Shown here one piece after another: positions 11,599-23,137 of a stretch of DNA of 64,000 nt. Source of the stretch: Neodothiora populina (lineage: Eukaryota); contig NW_027191404.1 of assembly GCF_041146345.1 (NCBI RefSeq), forward strand, positions 682,001 to 746,000, in the 5' to 3' direction. Below the pieces are notes generated by a model. The model was not told where the DNA came from and searched no databases. It was given only the letters and a program-made list of their open reading frames with translations. Every line of letters begins with the position of its first letter. The stretch's first letter is position 1. Made by a program: the position numbers and the translations under genes.

Positions 11599-13152
11599 TC
11601 ATACGGTGATCATGACACTCGCGTTCTTGTACCAGCTCAACAACGGATTCTCTCCGTTCCGTGTCTGAGTGTCCTCGACGTAAGCCCAGCGCTTGAAGAA
11701 CTCCTCGTGGGTCGTAACGCGCGTCAGCTTTCCGGTGATCGCGCGATACATGTCCTCCATGACCCCGAAGTCTGTGGGGAAGAGAATATCGAAGAAACCC
11801 TGGTGAACCTGTTTGATCTATATCAGCATTCGATAGCATTCGATTCGAGAATGTAAGAAGAAACTGACCAGAGGCGTCGTGACTGGTACCATTCTTCGCT
11901 CGTATCTTGTCTGTACGACAGGGGCGTTGACACCTTCGACAGCATCGGGCAGAGAATGGAAATCACTCGTGACCAACTTGTGGTTCGGGAAGTATTCCCT
12001 GAGGACGTCGAAGAAGTGCATCAGTCGCGTAGGGATGTATTCCGGTCTGCTCAGATTGGGGGCGAGTGGCAGCTTCGATCTCAGATTCCTCAGGATGCGT
12101 GGCTGGCGCAAGGGATGGTTGTATGGGCGACCAGCGCATGCAGCGTCACGCACACGCAGGTAGCGCGCAGCCACAGGATCTAGATCTTTGGAGTAAAACT
12201 CGTAAAACTCACCCTCTGCATCGATGAGAGCGGAGCCTTGCATGGGCTCTTCCGTAAGGGGGTCATATCGAATGACATCGTGAGCGAAGTTGTCAAAAAC
12301 TTCCATGGCCAAGAAAAAGCATGGTGAAGAGACATAGGTGTCCCAGTCGAAGATACTCCTGTTCACGATACTGACTTTGTCCGCATGACCTTTTGCTTCG
12401 GCCGAACGTAAAAGCTGGTGTTGCTGAATGCTCGCCAAGGCACTCGAGACTTCGATGACACGGAAGCGTGTGCGAGCGTAGACTTCAGGATCTGCTTCCC
12501 GGATGTAGTCGAGAATGTTCATCATCAATGTTCCGTTTCCGGCACCCATCTCGTAGATCAACAGGTCCTCGTAGGGGTATAGTTGGAGCTTGTAGTTTGC
12601 AACGAGATAGTGAGCGATAGCTTCTCCATAGTAAGGCCTGAACAACTCCGTGGGTGTGTGCCACAGCTGCCGAGTCTCGTTGTACTCCTTTGCATCCAGA
12701 AGGTCCTCAAACTCGGTGTAGCGTCGCTGGTACTCGGCGTAGAAAGAAGCCTCGTCGGGCAGGTTGGCGAAGTCGAAGGGCTCGCCGGGTCGCCAGATGA
12801 CGACTTGTTTGGAAAAGTAGCCGTACGAAGGGTTGTACAGACTGTCCTCGATGAAGTCGCGCATCAGCATCCTGACCCGGCGCGGTCTCTCTTTTCTGCT
12901 CCGAAGGGCGTCTGAAGTGACGACGGGGAATCTCTTGTATTCGTCGAGTTTGTCCCGCGGGAAGTGATCCGTCCTCTGCTGCCAATTGCTCTCTAGCGGA
13001 CTCGACTCTTTCTCTGGGCCGCGGGGTCTCCGTCGTTCTGCGGCTTTGCCATACGAGCTGTAGAGTCTGCGAGTGGTATGGCGCGTGCATGACGAGCATG
13101 GCCGATGTGTGAAGAGCTGCTTGAACAGCTGGCTCAACAAGGGCGACTCCAT
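11599..13152 (-). CDS. Mitochondrial SAM-dependent arginine methyltransferase, NDUFAF7/MidA family (YKL162C-like); intron 11809-11868
   Basis: Arg/Ser-rich presequence, MRDFIEDSLYNPSYGYF and IYEMGAGNGT SAM motif. Exon 2 reads VHQGFFDILFPTDF...NASVMITV*. Confidence 0.9.
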
Positions 13153-13602
13153 TGCGGACAGCGAGGTGACGATGGAAGTGAGCAGTGTATACCTAAGGTA
13201 AGGTAAGGTAGCTTACTGTCTCCGTACCTTCTTCCATTTGCGGAGCGGAGGACGGCGGTCGGACTTTGTTGTTGAACTAGGCAAGCCACAATTGACAATG
13301 ACCTCAAGGTTGTGCACCCACTGTGGTAAGGTACCTAACAAAGACCCTCACCAGCCACAGACGGCTTCCAGTACGCGCGGTTCCGTCATCCATGACTGTT
13401 TGCGAGTTAATTTATCAGTTATGATTAGACCAACACTGGAGACAAAACAATACCCTGCCTTTGTGAATAGAAACAAGAACTATACTGCAGAGCTCGATGA
13501 GGCGATAGACAATAGTCAATTGCGCATACGCGTGATTGCCTCCCGCCTGCAGAGTCACCCAGTAGACTAAATACCTTACCTACATTCATTAGTCCAATCA
13601 AC

Positions 13603-15061
13603 ATGGACCACCACGTGCAAGAACACAGTCGATTCTATGTCGGCCTGGCATTCGCAGCAGGCGTCCTACTAACCCTGGGCTACAAAGACCTATACCCAGA
13701 CCTAGAGCGACGGTTCCGACTCGCCATCAAGTCGAGCAGGTTCCCACTCGCAGGCTCCGAACCATCAACGCACATCAACTTGACCGACCACACCAGAGAC
13801 CGACGTCGATCCTCAGTCTTGCCTCCTGCCACATCTAACCCTTCGACCTCTCAGAACCAGCAGCAGCAATTCAAAGACTTTGTGCCCTCGACCTACGAGA
13901 TCCGCGAAGGCATCGAAGGCGCAATAGGCAACACGCCCTTGATAAAAATCAAATCCCTCTCCGACGCCACGGGCTGCGAGATCCTGGCCAAAGCCGAGTT
14001 TCTCAATGGAGCAGGCAACTCGCCCAAGGACCGCGTCGCGCTGAGCATGATCAAGCTCGCCGAGGAGGAGGGACTGCTGACGCCTCATTCGGGGGACATG
14101 GTCTACGAGGGCACGGTGGGCAGCACGGGCATCAGTCTCGCCGCCATCTGCAGGGCGAAAGGCTATCTCGCACACATGTACGTAGTCGCACTCCCAATCT
14201 CAAGTTCTCCCTCCCCAGAATTCTTCCACATCCGCGCAGAAACCCAAAGCGACTTACACCCCAAAAAGCTGCATGCCCAACGACCAAGCGCGGGAAAAGT
14301 CCGACCTCCTGCTCAAACTGGGCGCCGTAGTCGAACGCGTGCCCCCAGCGCCCATCGTGTCCCCGCAACAATTCGTCAACCTCGCACGCCAACGCGCCCT
14401 CGACCACACCTCTGACCCCAGCCGGCCAGGGCGCGGCTTCTTCGCCGACCAATTCGAGAACACGGCCAACTACCTCGCGCACTACGAAGGCACAGGACCG
14501 GAAATCTACGCGCAGACGGGGGGACGCATGGACGCGTTCGTGGCGGGTGCGGGCACCGGAGGCACGATTTCCGGCGTCTCGCTGTTCCTTAAGCCGCGCG
14601 TGCCGCAGCTCAGGGTCGTGCTTGCTGATCCGCAGGGCAGCGGGCTGTATAATAAGATCAGGCATGGCGTCATGTTCTCGGAGACGGAGAGGGAGGGCAC
14701 GAGGCGGAGGGCGCAGGTCGATAGCATCGTCGAGGGCATCGGCGTTAATCGCGTCACTGCGAACTTCGAGGCCGGCAGGGAGCTGGTTGATGATGCGGTC
14801 AAAGTCACTGATGAGCAGGCCATGCGCATGGGCAGGTGGTTGGTCGAGAATGATGGCTTGTTTGTTGGCAGCAGTAGTTGTGTCAATATGGTCGCTGCTG
14901 TCAAGACTGCGCTGTCGCTGGGCAAAGGCTCGACTGTCGTTACCATTATTTGCGATTCGGGTATTAGACATCTGAGTAAGTTCTGGAAGTTCGCGGGAGA
15001 GGTTGGGGGAGATAACGAGGTCACGCTGGAGAGTATTGTTGGAGACTTTGACAGGGCTTGA
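13603..15061 (+). CDS. Cysteine synthase 2 / Mcy1-like PLP enzyme with N-terminal membrane anchor; intron 14178-14268
   Basis: IGNTPLI, AKAEFLNGAGNSPKDR (PLP Lys), EGTVGSTG and GAGTGGT motifs. The GTACGT...AAG intron joins HI-CMPNDQ. Confidence 0.92.
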
Positions 15062-15194
15062 ATGACAAGTACTGTACGTCGAGTTGAATTGTACTTGTAT
15101 TGTATGATGATGATTCTCTATTCTGTTGCGGAACGCTGCCTGGAGCGGGATACAAATGATGATAAGTAAGTAAAGGATCCGCTTCTAGCTTTCC

Positions 15195-17807
15195 TCAAGC
15201 CAGCTCGTCTTCGGAATCATCTTGCGCAGGCCTGGCTTGGACCCTCACGACTCCCATGTCTGGGCCACGGCTTCTCTTAGTCGCCGAGAGCGGCTCCGGT
15301 AAAGGAGCCGCAGGACTCTTGTATGCAGATGGGCTTTCTCGACTCGCTGTCAGCTGAGGAGTATCGTCTGATCTGTGCATTGACATTTGTGCCACAGGTG
15401 CAATACCGGCCGATACTGCTGGTGGTGCATGTGAGCTCTTCAGAGAGCCGTCCGAAGGCGGCGTTGGCAGAGCAGGGGAAGATTCCATTATATGCCGCAC
15501 TGTTGTCGGAGATTGATCAAGAGGTTGTGGCAGGTTGGCTAGAAAGTATGGCCCGTTGTCGGCATTGGACTTACCGGTCTCTGGGTATGGAGAATCGCCT
15601 AGCGCTTCGGATCCGCCTTCTGGTACCTGCAGATGATGCTGGTCATCCAGAGAGGCATTCGAGAAGCGGCGCATTGCAAAGGCGTGTATTGGAGGATCGG
15701 GGGTTACCTCGTCTGCCTCGCTGCCACTTTGGCCGCGACTTCCTTCACGCAACTCAGCAGCATGCTGGCGTGCCTTCTTCATGACCCTTTCCAGCTTACT
15801 GACCTTTGGAGGTTTTGGTTTGTCCATCTTCAGCACACCGAACGACCCAGTGGCTTCCGTACGAGGGCCGATAAGGTGCTGTTGCGGGGTCGCCACCATC
15901 ATCTGAGGTCTTTCAGCCCTCAATATGCCAAAGCTACCGGCGCCCTGAGTCGTGTCGAAACGAGTGTATCGTGGATGCGCCTCTTTCTTGTTTTGATACT
16001 TCCATTTTCTACGTTTGGTTCCTCGCGGTACTGGCTGCGCACCTTCAGGATACCACATTCCGTTCGGTGGAGGGTATGCTCCGTACGCAGACTGATAAGG
16101 CGGCCCACCAGGAAAGTAATATCCGGGCGGTGCGTAGCCATAGCCCGGCGGTGGTGTATTCGAGTAATAGGGATAGGTGGGTGAAGGTTCAGCGTCGTCA
16201 TCTTCATCTGGTACTGCAACAGGCGAGCTCTCTCTGCCGTCAAGCGCGCCGCCAAGAGCTTGTCGCAATAGCGGAGCTTCGACCGGTCTTCGAGGTGTCT
16301 GATCAGGAAGAGCGGGCAGAACTCTCCAACTGGGAGTGTGTTCGCTTTGGCCATCATCCTCGCCGTCCACAATCTCAACAATCTCACGTTTGACCATTAC
16401 AGGTCTAGGTAAATGGCGCAGGGCTCTAGCATAGCGTGACTGAAGCGCAATTGGGGTCCTCTCAGGAAAGTAGGTGCTCATCTGATGCCAGGACATGCCG
16501 TCTACGTCTCTCAGGCGTTTAAGCAGATCATCCTCGTCCTTTCGAAATTTGCGGTAGGCCTTGGCTCGCATAGGTTGATGAACTCCCGGCGCAATACCCT
16601 CGGACGAAGAAGAATCGTCTGATTCCGCTCCCTGCATCAACAAAGGGTCGATGTTGTGATGGTGGGACTTGCGTCGCTTGCTGGGACGGTCACGCCTTGA
16701 CACCGGAGCAGGGGCCCAGAGGCTGCTTGCACCTGGAGACTCCATGACTGAAGGATAGCGCCGCGATACTGGGGTCGCAGCATGTCGGTCCTCGATGGCC
16801 CTCGCAGGACCGAAGGCATCCTTGGGCAGTGGCGGCACGCTCCAAGGGTCTCTGGACGCATGTGGCCGAGGATCGAGTCTTCCAGACGTAGCGCGTGTGA
16901 GGAAGTCAGCGATTTGGTTAGCGATGCTCATTCCTAGATCCTGGATAGCGGCAGGATCAATTCGACCAGACGCGTCTTGATGTGGAACAAGAGCACTTAG
17001 TGAGCTCTCGATGGAGATTTGTGGCAGATGATGCGGTGTTTCTGTGGAAGGAATGATTGACTGCTCGTTCGAGGCAAGATCTTGGTCGCTGGAAGAGTTG
17101 CTGTCGGATAGTGACACGCCTCGAGGTAGGGACCTAGCTGCCTGTTCGTCCTGTGCCAGAGCATGAGGCGAAGCGTGCGCAGGACTCCTGGTGTTATAAA
17201 TCATATCCTCATCAACATTGATAATGGAAACGTGCGCGTTATTGCTAGCGACTGGGCATGCTGATGGGCTTGAAGTGCGTGCTACACTGGTGCGTTGACT
17301 GGCCGTATGCCCGATAGATAGCTCGTCCTCTTCATCATCGGCAAGCTCATCCTCTTCTTCCTCTTCGCCTTCTCCTTGTGCATGTTCATCTTCCGATCCT
17401 TGATGCTCCATTATTTCCTCCTCATCCTCTTCTTGATCGACCTGTCCTGCTTTGCTCTTGTCACGTAGGTCACCGTCCTCCTCTCCGGCCCCCTCTGCAT
17501 CCTCCTCTTCCAGTTCCTCAGCAAAAGCCGCTACGAACTGTGATGAGGCGCTGGACCCTACATCCCGTTCGTTTTGCATGAAGGCGACATGGCCGTTATC
17601 GACGACAATTTCGCCCGTCTCCATGTCGATTTCGTCTCCGACATTGCTGAAGTCTCTTGCATACTTAGCGAAGATGTGCTCGAAGCGATTCTTCAGTTTC
17701 AGGTCGTTGGCAACGCGGTCACGCTCGAGTTGCAAGCCGGCGTCCAGGGAGTGCGAATGGCGTTCGCTGGTGGCACGCTGCGGTGTATAGTATCGGCGGT
17801 AAGACAT
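15195..17807 (-). CDS. SCM3: Scm3-domain (CENP-A chaperone) protein with a Myb/SANT-like domain, 870 aa
   Basis: N-terminal NDLKLKNRFEHIFAKY...GDEIDMETGEIVVDNGH is the Scm3 signature. FRKDEDDLLKRLRDVDGMSWHQMSTYFPERT is Myb-like. Confidence 0.8.
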   Translation of the reverse strand: MSYRRYYTPQRATSERHSHSLDAGLQLERDRVANDLKLKNRFEHIFAKYARDFSNVGDEIDMETGEIVVDNGHVAFMQNERDVGSSASSQFVAAFAEELEEEDAEGAGEEDGDLRDKSKAGQVDQEEDEEEIMEHQGSEDEHAQGEGEEEEEDELADDEEDELSIGHTASQRTSVARTSSPSACPVASNNAHVSIINVDEDMIYNTRSPAHASPHALAQDEQAARSLPRGVSLSDSNSSSDQDLASNEQSIIPSTETPHHLPQISIESSLSALVPHQDASGRIDPAAIQDLGMSIANQIADFLTRATSGRLDPRPHASRDPWSVPPLPKDAFGPARAIEDRHAATPVSRRYPSVMESPGASSLWAPAPVSRRDRPSKRRKSHHHNIDPLLMQGAESDDSSSSEGIAPGVHQPMRAKAYRKFRKDEDDLLKRLRDVDGMSWHQMSTYFPERTPIALQSRYARALRHLPRPVMVKREIVEIVDGEDDGQSEHTPSWRVLPALPDQTPRRPVEAPLLRQALGGALDGRESSPVAVPDEDDDAEPSPTYPYYSNTPPPGYGYAPPGYYFPGGPPYQSAYGAYPPPNGMWYPEGAQPVPRGTKRRKWKYQNKKEAHPRYTRFDTTQGAGSFGILRAERPQMMVATPQQHLIGPRTEATGSFGVLKMDKPKPPKVSKLERVMKKARQHAAELREGSRGQSGSEADEVTPDPPIHAFAMRRFSNASLDDQHHLQVPEGGSEALGDSPYPETGKSNADNGPYFLANLPQPLDQSPTTVRHIMESSPALPTPPSDGSLKSSHAPPAVSAGIAPVAQMSMHRSDDTPQLTASRESPSAYKSPAAPLPEPLSATKRSRGPDMGVVRVQARPAQDDSEDELA

Positions 17808-18406
17808 TTCATCCCTGATCTAGACGCCTTGATGGAGATGTGTTGTGAGGACCCATGCCGTCGAGGGAGTCCAGGCTTGGGATGAAGATGAACAGAAAAC
17901 CCCTTGAGACTGTAGAGTCAGTGATTAGTCGGCAGTCACGAAATAAACTTGGACGATTACCCGTGCCACTCTCGCGTTTAACGGAAGGCGCGAACTCGAA
18001 GTAGAAGCCACATCTGGGGAAGTGGTGTGGGCAATCCAAACAGGATAAGGACCCTTACTGCACGGCATGTCTAGCCGAACCTCTACCTATACCTCTATCT
18101 CTGTTACTTGAACTCTTCCTCCTTACATGCACAATAGTCTTGAATGTACCCGTTCCATCTTCATTCGTGCGCGGAGTAGTCACAGTGATCCTCCTGCAGG
18201 GAACAGTATTCACAAAGTGGAGTAATATACAAGATCAACATCACGGCATATCACCTCGACCTCGCCACTATCAATGTAAATCAGTTCGCTAGTGGCTCTA
18301 TTTTACCAAGGTCTAGGTCTGGAAGACACCCTAGAGTTGTGGAATTAGATCCATTTGTTTGCCTTGTTCTGGAACGAAAAACGATTCACGTCTGTCGTTG
18401 CGCGAG

Positions 18407-19861
18407 ATGTATTGCCAAAAGTGCAGGACGCCGCTAAGCCTTGATGGTTCCTTGGAGCAGCTCAACCCTGCTTCCTTCAAAATCCTGGTAGACTCAGCAC
18501 CTTCTTTGCAGCCGCAGGTGCCTCATTCTCCAAAATCAACCGCGGCTAGGGAGCGAAGGGAGGTCTACGATGAAGCGGCCAAACATGCAAGCGCTCCGCA
18601 ACATAAGCGGGTGATACCTCCTCCGCACAAGAACTCGACTAACCCTGCCATGTCATATATCATGCTGCCTGACTCTCATATCGGCTCTTTACCATCAGAT
18701 GGCCCCCCCTCTCCCGACCCCAAGTCGCGCGGATCTTTTGACAAAGGCAAGGCCGAGACGGCGAAACTGTCACAACAAATGGAGAGAAACCTTCGTCTAT
18801 TTGAGATCCTCTCGTCTCGGTCGGACATTGACCATCCTGTATGCTCCGAGTGTACTGAAATTCTGCTGGCTGGGTTACAGCAGCGACAAGCAACCGTGAA
18901 TAGAGAAAAGGACGCCTACCAAGAGTTCTTGAAGCAATCACAGGAGGGCATTCCCACCGAGGAGGAACAACGTCAGGCGCTCGATAGTCTGACCACAGCA
19001 AAGAATCGAGAGGAACAGGCACTCGAAGAGCTCGAAAGGCTAGAAGCAGAAAAGGCAGCCATGGAAGAGGAATTTGCAGCTCTTGATCGTGAAGAAGCAG
19101 AGCTGGAAGAAGAGGAGGAGAACTTCTGGCGCGAGCGGAACGCCTTTGATCTAACGCTCCAGAAGCACAGAGATGGATGTGAAAGTCTGCAAAATCAACT
19201 CGCGTACGAGGGCAAGCTACTGGAATCGCTCCAGCGTACCAACGTCTATAATGACTCGTTTTGCATCGACCATGATGGCCCCTTTGCTACTATGAATGGG
19301 CTGCGTCTTGGCAAACTGCCAGATCACTCGGTCGACTGGCCTGAGATCAATGCCGCGTGGGGTCTCTGTGTGCTACTTTTGACCGTGGTCGCAGAGAAGC
19401 TTGCCTTTACATTCCAAGGCTATCGGCTGGTCCCCCTAGGTTCCACTTCAAAGATTGAAAAGCTGGATTATCCCCAAGGCGATCAGACGAGTGCGACGAA
19501 CCCAAAGGTCACCCAACTTGACTTGTACTGTCACAGCGATCTGCCACTTGGACTTGGCTTCTTACACCGCGGATTTGATAATGCCATGGTCGCATTTCTG
19601 GATTGTGTGCGCCAGCTTGGTGAACACATCGAACGTTCTTCTGCATACTCGGCCAACTCTGGGGCTTATGTCCTGAGTCGGAAAATGCCGTACAAGATCG
19701 TCAAAGACAGGGTCGGAGACGTCAGCATCAAGTTGGGCGCTTTCAACCAAGAAGAGCAATGGACAAAAGCGTGTAAATACACATTGACCTGCTGTAAGTT
19801 TTTACTAGCCCATGCGAGCCACGTGGACGATATCAGCCAAGATGCAAAGACGACACGATGA
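18407..19861 (+). CDS. ATG6: Atg6/Vps30 (Beclin-1), PI3-kinase complex subunit; intronless
   Basis: MYCQKCRTPL start, DIDHPVCSEC, coiled coil, LQRTNVYNDSFCI, NGLRLG, WPEINAAWG and EEQWTKACKYTLT. Confidence 0.95.
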   Translation: MYCQKCRTPLSLDGSLEQLNPASFKILVDSAPSLQPQVPHSPKSTAARERREVYDEAAKHASAPQHKRVIPPPHKNSTNPAMSYIMLPDSHIGSLPSDGPPSPDPKSRGSFDKGKAETAKLSQQMERNLRLFEILSSRSDIDHPVCSECTEILLAGLQQRQATVNREKDAYQEFLKQSQEGIPTEEEQRQALDSLTTAKNREEQALEELERLEAEKAAMEEEFAALDREEAELEEEEENFWRERNAFDLTLQKHRDGCESLQNQLAYEGKLLESLQRTNVYNDSFCIDHDGPFATMNGLRLGKLPDHSVDWPEINAAWGLCVLLLTVVAEKLAFTFQGYRLVPLGSTSKIEKLDYPQGDQTSATNPKVTQLDLYCHSDLPLGLGFLHRGFDNAMVAFLDCVRQLGEHIERSSAYSANSGAYVLSRKMPYKIVKDRVGDVSIKLGAFNQEEQWTKACKYTLTCCKFLLAHASHVDDISQDAKTTR

Positions 19862-21185
19862 GAGGGTCAGTAGTGCCGCAACATACAAGATACATTATTT
19901 CGGCAATGTGTACGAGCAGCAATCACACGTCAATGAAGTGGACAATCCAGTAGACCGCCGCTAGCCTTTATGAAACTACCACCAAGACGCGATGCGACAC
20001 GCACTCAGCCTAGACTCCATTAGCCAGGACAGTATACAGGATATCTGGATGTCCCTGACCGAAGCCATGAGCCAGCACAGTATCAACTTGCCGACACGGA
20101 TTTGATCAATGCATCGCCTAAAGAGAATTAGGGGTTTGATCCCTAACAGTGGACCCGAGTCCAGCTCACGGTAGTTGACTGTACACGATCCTCGACCAGA
20201 GAATATCGGTTTGGAAGCACCTGTTGCTATGGGCATTATACTTGGAGATCCTTCGATTCATCTACAGTATGGTGCTTGGACGCATTGTGGGGGATCGACC
20301 AGGAGAACTGATCAAGTATAACATGCTGAATTCGATCAAAGACCACCTCAATCAAGTTGCTATAGTCCGACGCAAAGACTCTGGGTGAGAGAGTGAGGGG
20401 CTTCGGCATCACATTGTGGATTCGAGTAAAGTGGTCTCGGGATAACTTGCATGCTGGTCTACCTTGACTCTATACACGTGATACCAGGCGCACGTTGATG
20501 CACCTTTCCAAAGATAGCTCTGCATCCACGGACTACCTAGTCATGACAACTGTTGTGAAGTGCAAAGCACAAAGTACTGTACATCAATGTGTTGTAGTGA
20601 GGCGCTCGGCACGTAGTAGCCGGATGATCATCATAGTCCGAGATAGGCGGATCTGCTCAGCCACTCGCCCTACCACTTGCCACCTGCTGAGCCTCACTGC
20701 AGGTGCACCGTCGCATCCAGTGGTGAACGGTTGGTCCATGCTTCCAGGAAGGCAACGAGCTCGAGTGTGATCACACTCTGATATGCTCAACAGCTCTGGA
20801 ACACCACGAAGAATGCCAATTGGAGGTGCATCAAAGACAAAGGTAACAGAGTCGGCCCATGGTGCGCCACATGAGCAATCCGAGCGCAGTCAATAAGGTC
20901 CGATGCCTAACGTCTCAGACGGCGACGACTGGTGTAGGTTCCAAGGCCCATGGTGTGCTTGGCGGCGCATCCATCAATCCATCGCGTGCCCCGCGGCGGG
21001 GACGCCATGACGAATCTCATCCAAACTTGTGGTTTGCGGCGCAGCGACGGACGTGACTCGGAGTACCCCTAGCGAAAAGAATATACCTGGAGTCGCAGAG
21101 TTCTTGCAATCTACTATTAGTCTCTTATCTGCATTCGTACAGCTCGCGCGCGTCGAAAAGTAAAAAGAGTTCGGTGACCATTCGG

Positions 21186-22755
21186 ATGTCTTACTATAAT
21201 CCTCAGGGCGGCTATGCCAGGCCTCCTCCTCCTCCTCAGCCACCCTGTAAGCTCTGATCCTATCTTGTTTACCCGTACCGTTAGACACTTCTTGGAGTTC
21301 TGTCTAGTAATGATGATGATGATCACGCTCCTTGGCATCTACTCAGCGCGAGCGAAATGACCTGACTTTGTACAAATACTAAAAGACGGTGCTCAACCTG
21401 GGCATGCTTCCTATTCTACTCCGCCTCCATTTCCACCACATCCTCCACATCAATCACCTTATCCTACAATGAATCAAGGATACGGTCAACCTGGCTACGG
21501 TCAACAGCCCGGCGGTTACGGCCCTCCACCGACTCACTCTCCTTATCCTCCCCAGCAGCAGGGCTACGGTGCACCACCAATTCCTCCGCATCCAGGCTAC
21601 GGTGCACCACCTCCCGGAGGATACGCGCCGCCCCCAGGCCCACCAGGACAGTATGGCGCACCGCCTCCCGGTCCTCCTCCAGGACACCATCACTCGGGAT
21701 CATATGGCGCTCCTCCGGCACCGTACGGCGCACCACCCCCAGGCGGCGCATACGGCGCAGCACCACCTCCCTCTGGACCCCCTGCTCCTCCATCCCTAGG
21801 CTACGTTCCCGGCCAAACCGCACCGGTAGACATGTCCCGCGAAGCCGACGCTCTGCGCTCAGCAATGAAAGGCTTCGGCACCAACGAACGCGCTCTCATC
21901 GACGTCCTGGCACGGCTCGACCCTCTGCAGGTGGCATCAGTGCGACAGGCCTTCACAGCGCGCCACCGCCGCGACCTGATCTCGGACCTCGAAAAGGAAA
22001 CCTCAGGCTACTTCCGCGACGGCCTCGTAGCCATCGCGCGCGGCCCGCTAGACCAAGACTGCATCAACCTGAACAAAGCGATCAAGGGCCTCGGCACGAA
22101 AGAAACGGTGCTGAACGACATCCTACTGGGCCGTAGCAACGCAGATATGCGCGCGATCACGGCGCACTACCAGCACCTGCACCACCGCAGCCTCGAATCC
22201 GACCTGCGCGGCGACCTCTCGATGAAGACGGAGCGCCTCTTCACCATGATCGTGGCCGCGCGCCGCGCCGAGGAATCCACGCCCATCATCCCCCAGCAGA
22301 TCGAGGCTGATATCAGCGAACTCTACCGCGCCACAGAGGGCTCCAAGATCGGCACCGACCAGATCACTGTGTGTTCCATTCTATCGTCACGCTCCGACGG
22401 CCAGATCCGTGCGCTGTCGCAGGCGTACGTCGCAAAATACCACCGCAAGCTCTCCGAGGTGCTGCGCAAGAACTTCAGCGGACACATGGAGGACGCACTA
22501 CTCTTCATGCTCGAGGCCGCTGAGGACAAAGCCAAGCACGACGCCAGTCTGCTCGAGGCGGCCATGAAGGGCATGGGCACCAAGGACGAGTTGCTTGTCA
22601 ACAGGCTTGTGCGCATCCATTGGGACAAGGCCAGACTCGTGCAGTGCAGGAACGCCTACAGGCATTTTTATAAGACTGAGTTGGCGGATAGGGTCAGGGG
22701 CGAGACGAGGGGGGACTATGAGAAACTTATGGTCGCTGTTGTGCAGAGCGCTTGA
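21186..22755 (+). CDS. Annexin (A7/A11-like) with Gly/Tyr/Pro-rich N-terminus; exons 21186-21246, 21386-22755
   Basis: Annexin repeats MKGFGTNE, IKGLGTKE, KIGTDQ and MKGMGTKD. An extra upstream exon MSYYNPQGGY... joins in frame via a GTAAGC...AAG intron. Confidence 0.93.
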
Positions 22756-23137
22756 TCGCCTTATTCTTTTTTTCTTTTCGGGGTTTCTCTTGTTTGTTAT
22801 TCAATTCGGTGGGGAGGACTGGACTCCTCGTCATTGCTCATGACTGTGGCATACGACTTGGACGAGGGTTCAAACCATGAACCACGGTTGGGAAAATGGG
22901 GCCCAGAGTAAGATGAAGTGCGGTTTGCTTGGGAGGGTCGGCTGGCTTTCTTGGGGGTTCTTGGAGAGCCCTACGATGATATCCACACTGCGTGTATTAC
23001 TTTTATAATCCTAAATGATAAGTTTCTTTTCAAGTCACGATCACGTCCTGGTACATGTCCATACAATAACCATGCCTGAATCTTCTCCTCTATGGTATCA
23101 ATCCTGACAAAGTGTGTTTATCCATCGCTCCTGCGTG

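Noticed and set aside
21310..21365. C/D-box snoRNA candidate in the annexin intron (ATGATGA...CTGA)
   Set aside because: The box C lies in a (TGA)n run, the box D coincides with the CTGAC branch site, the span is short and I recognised no rRNA guide.
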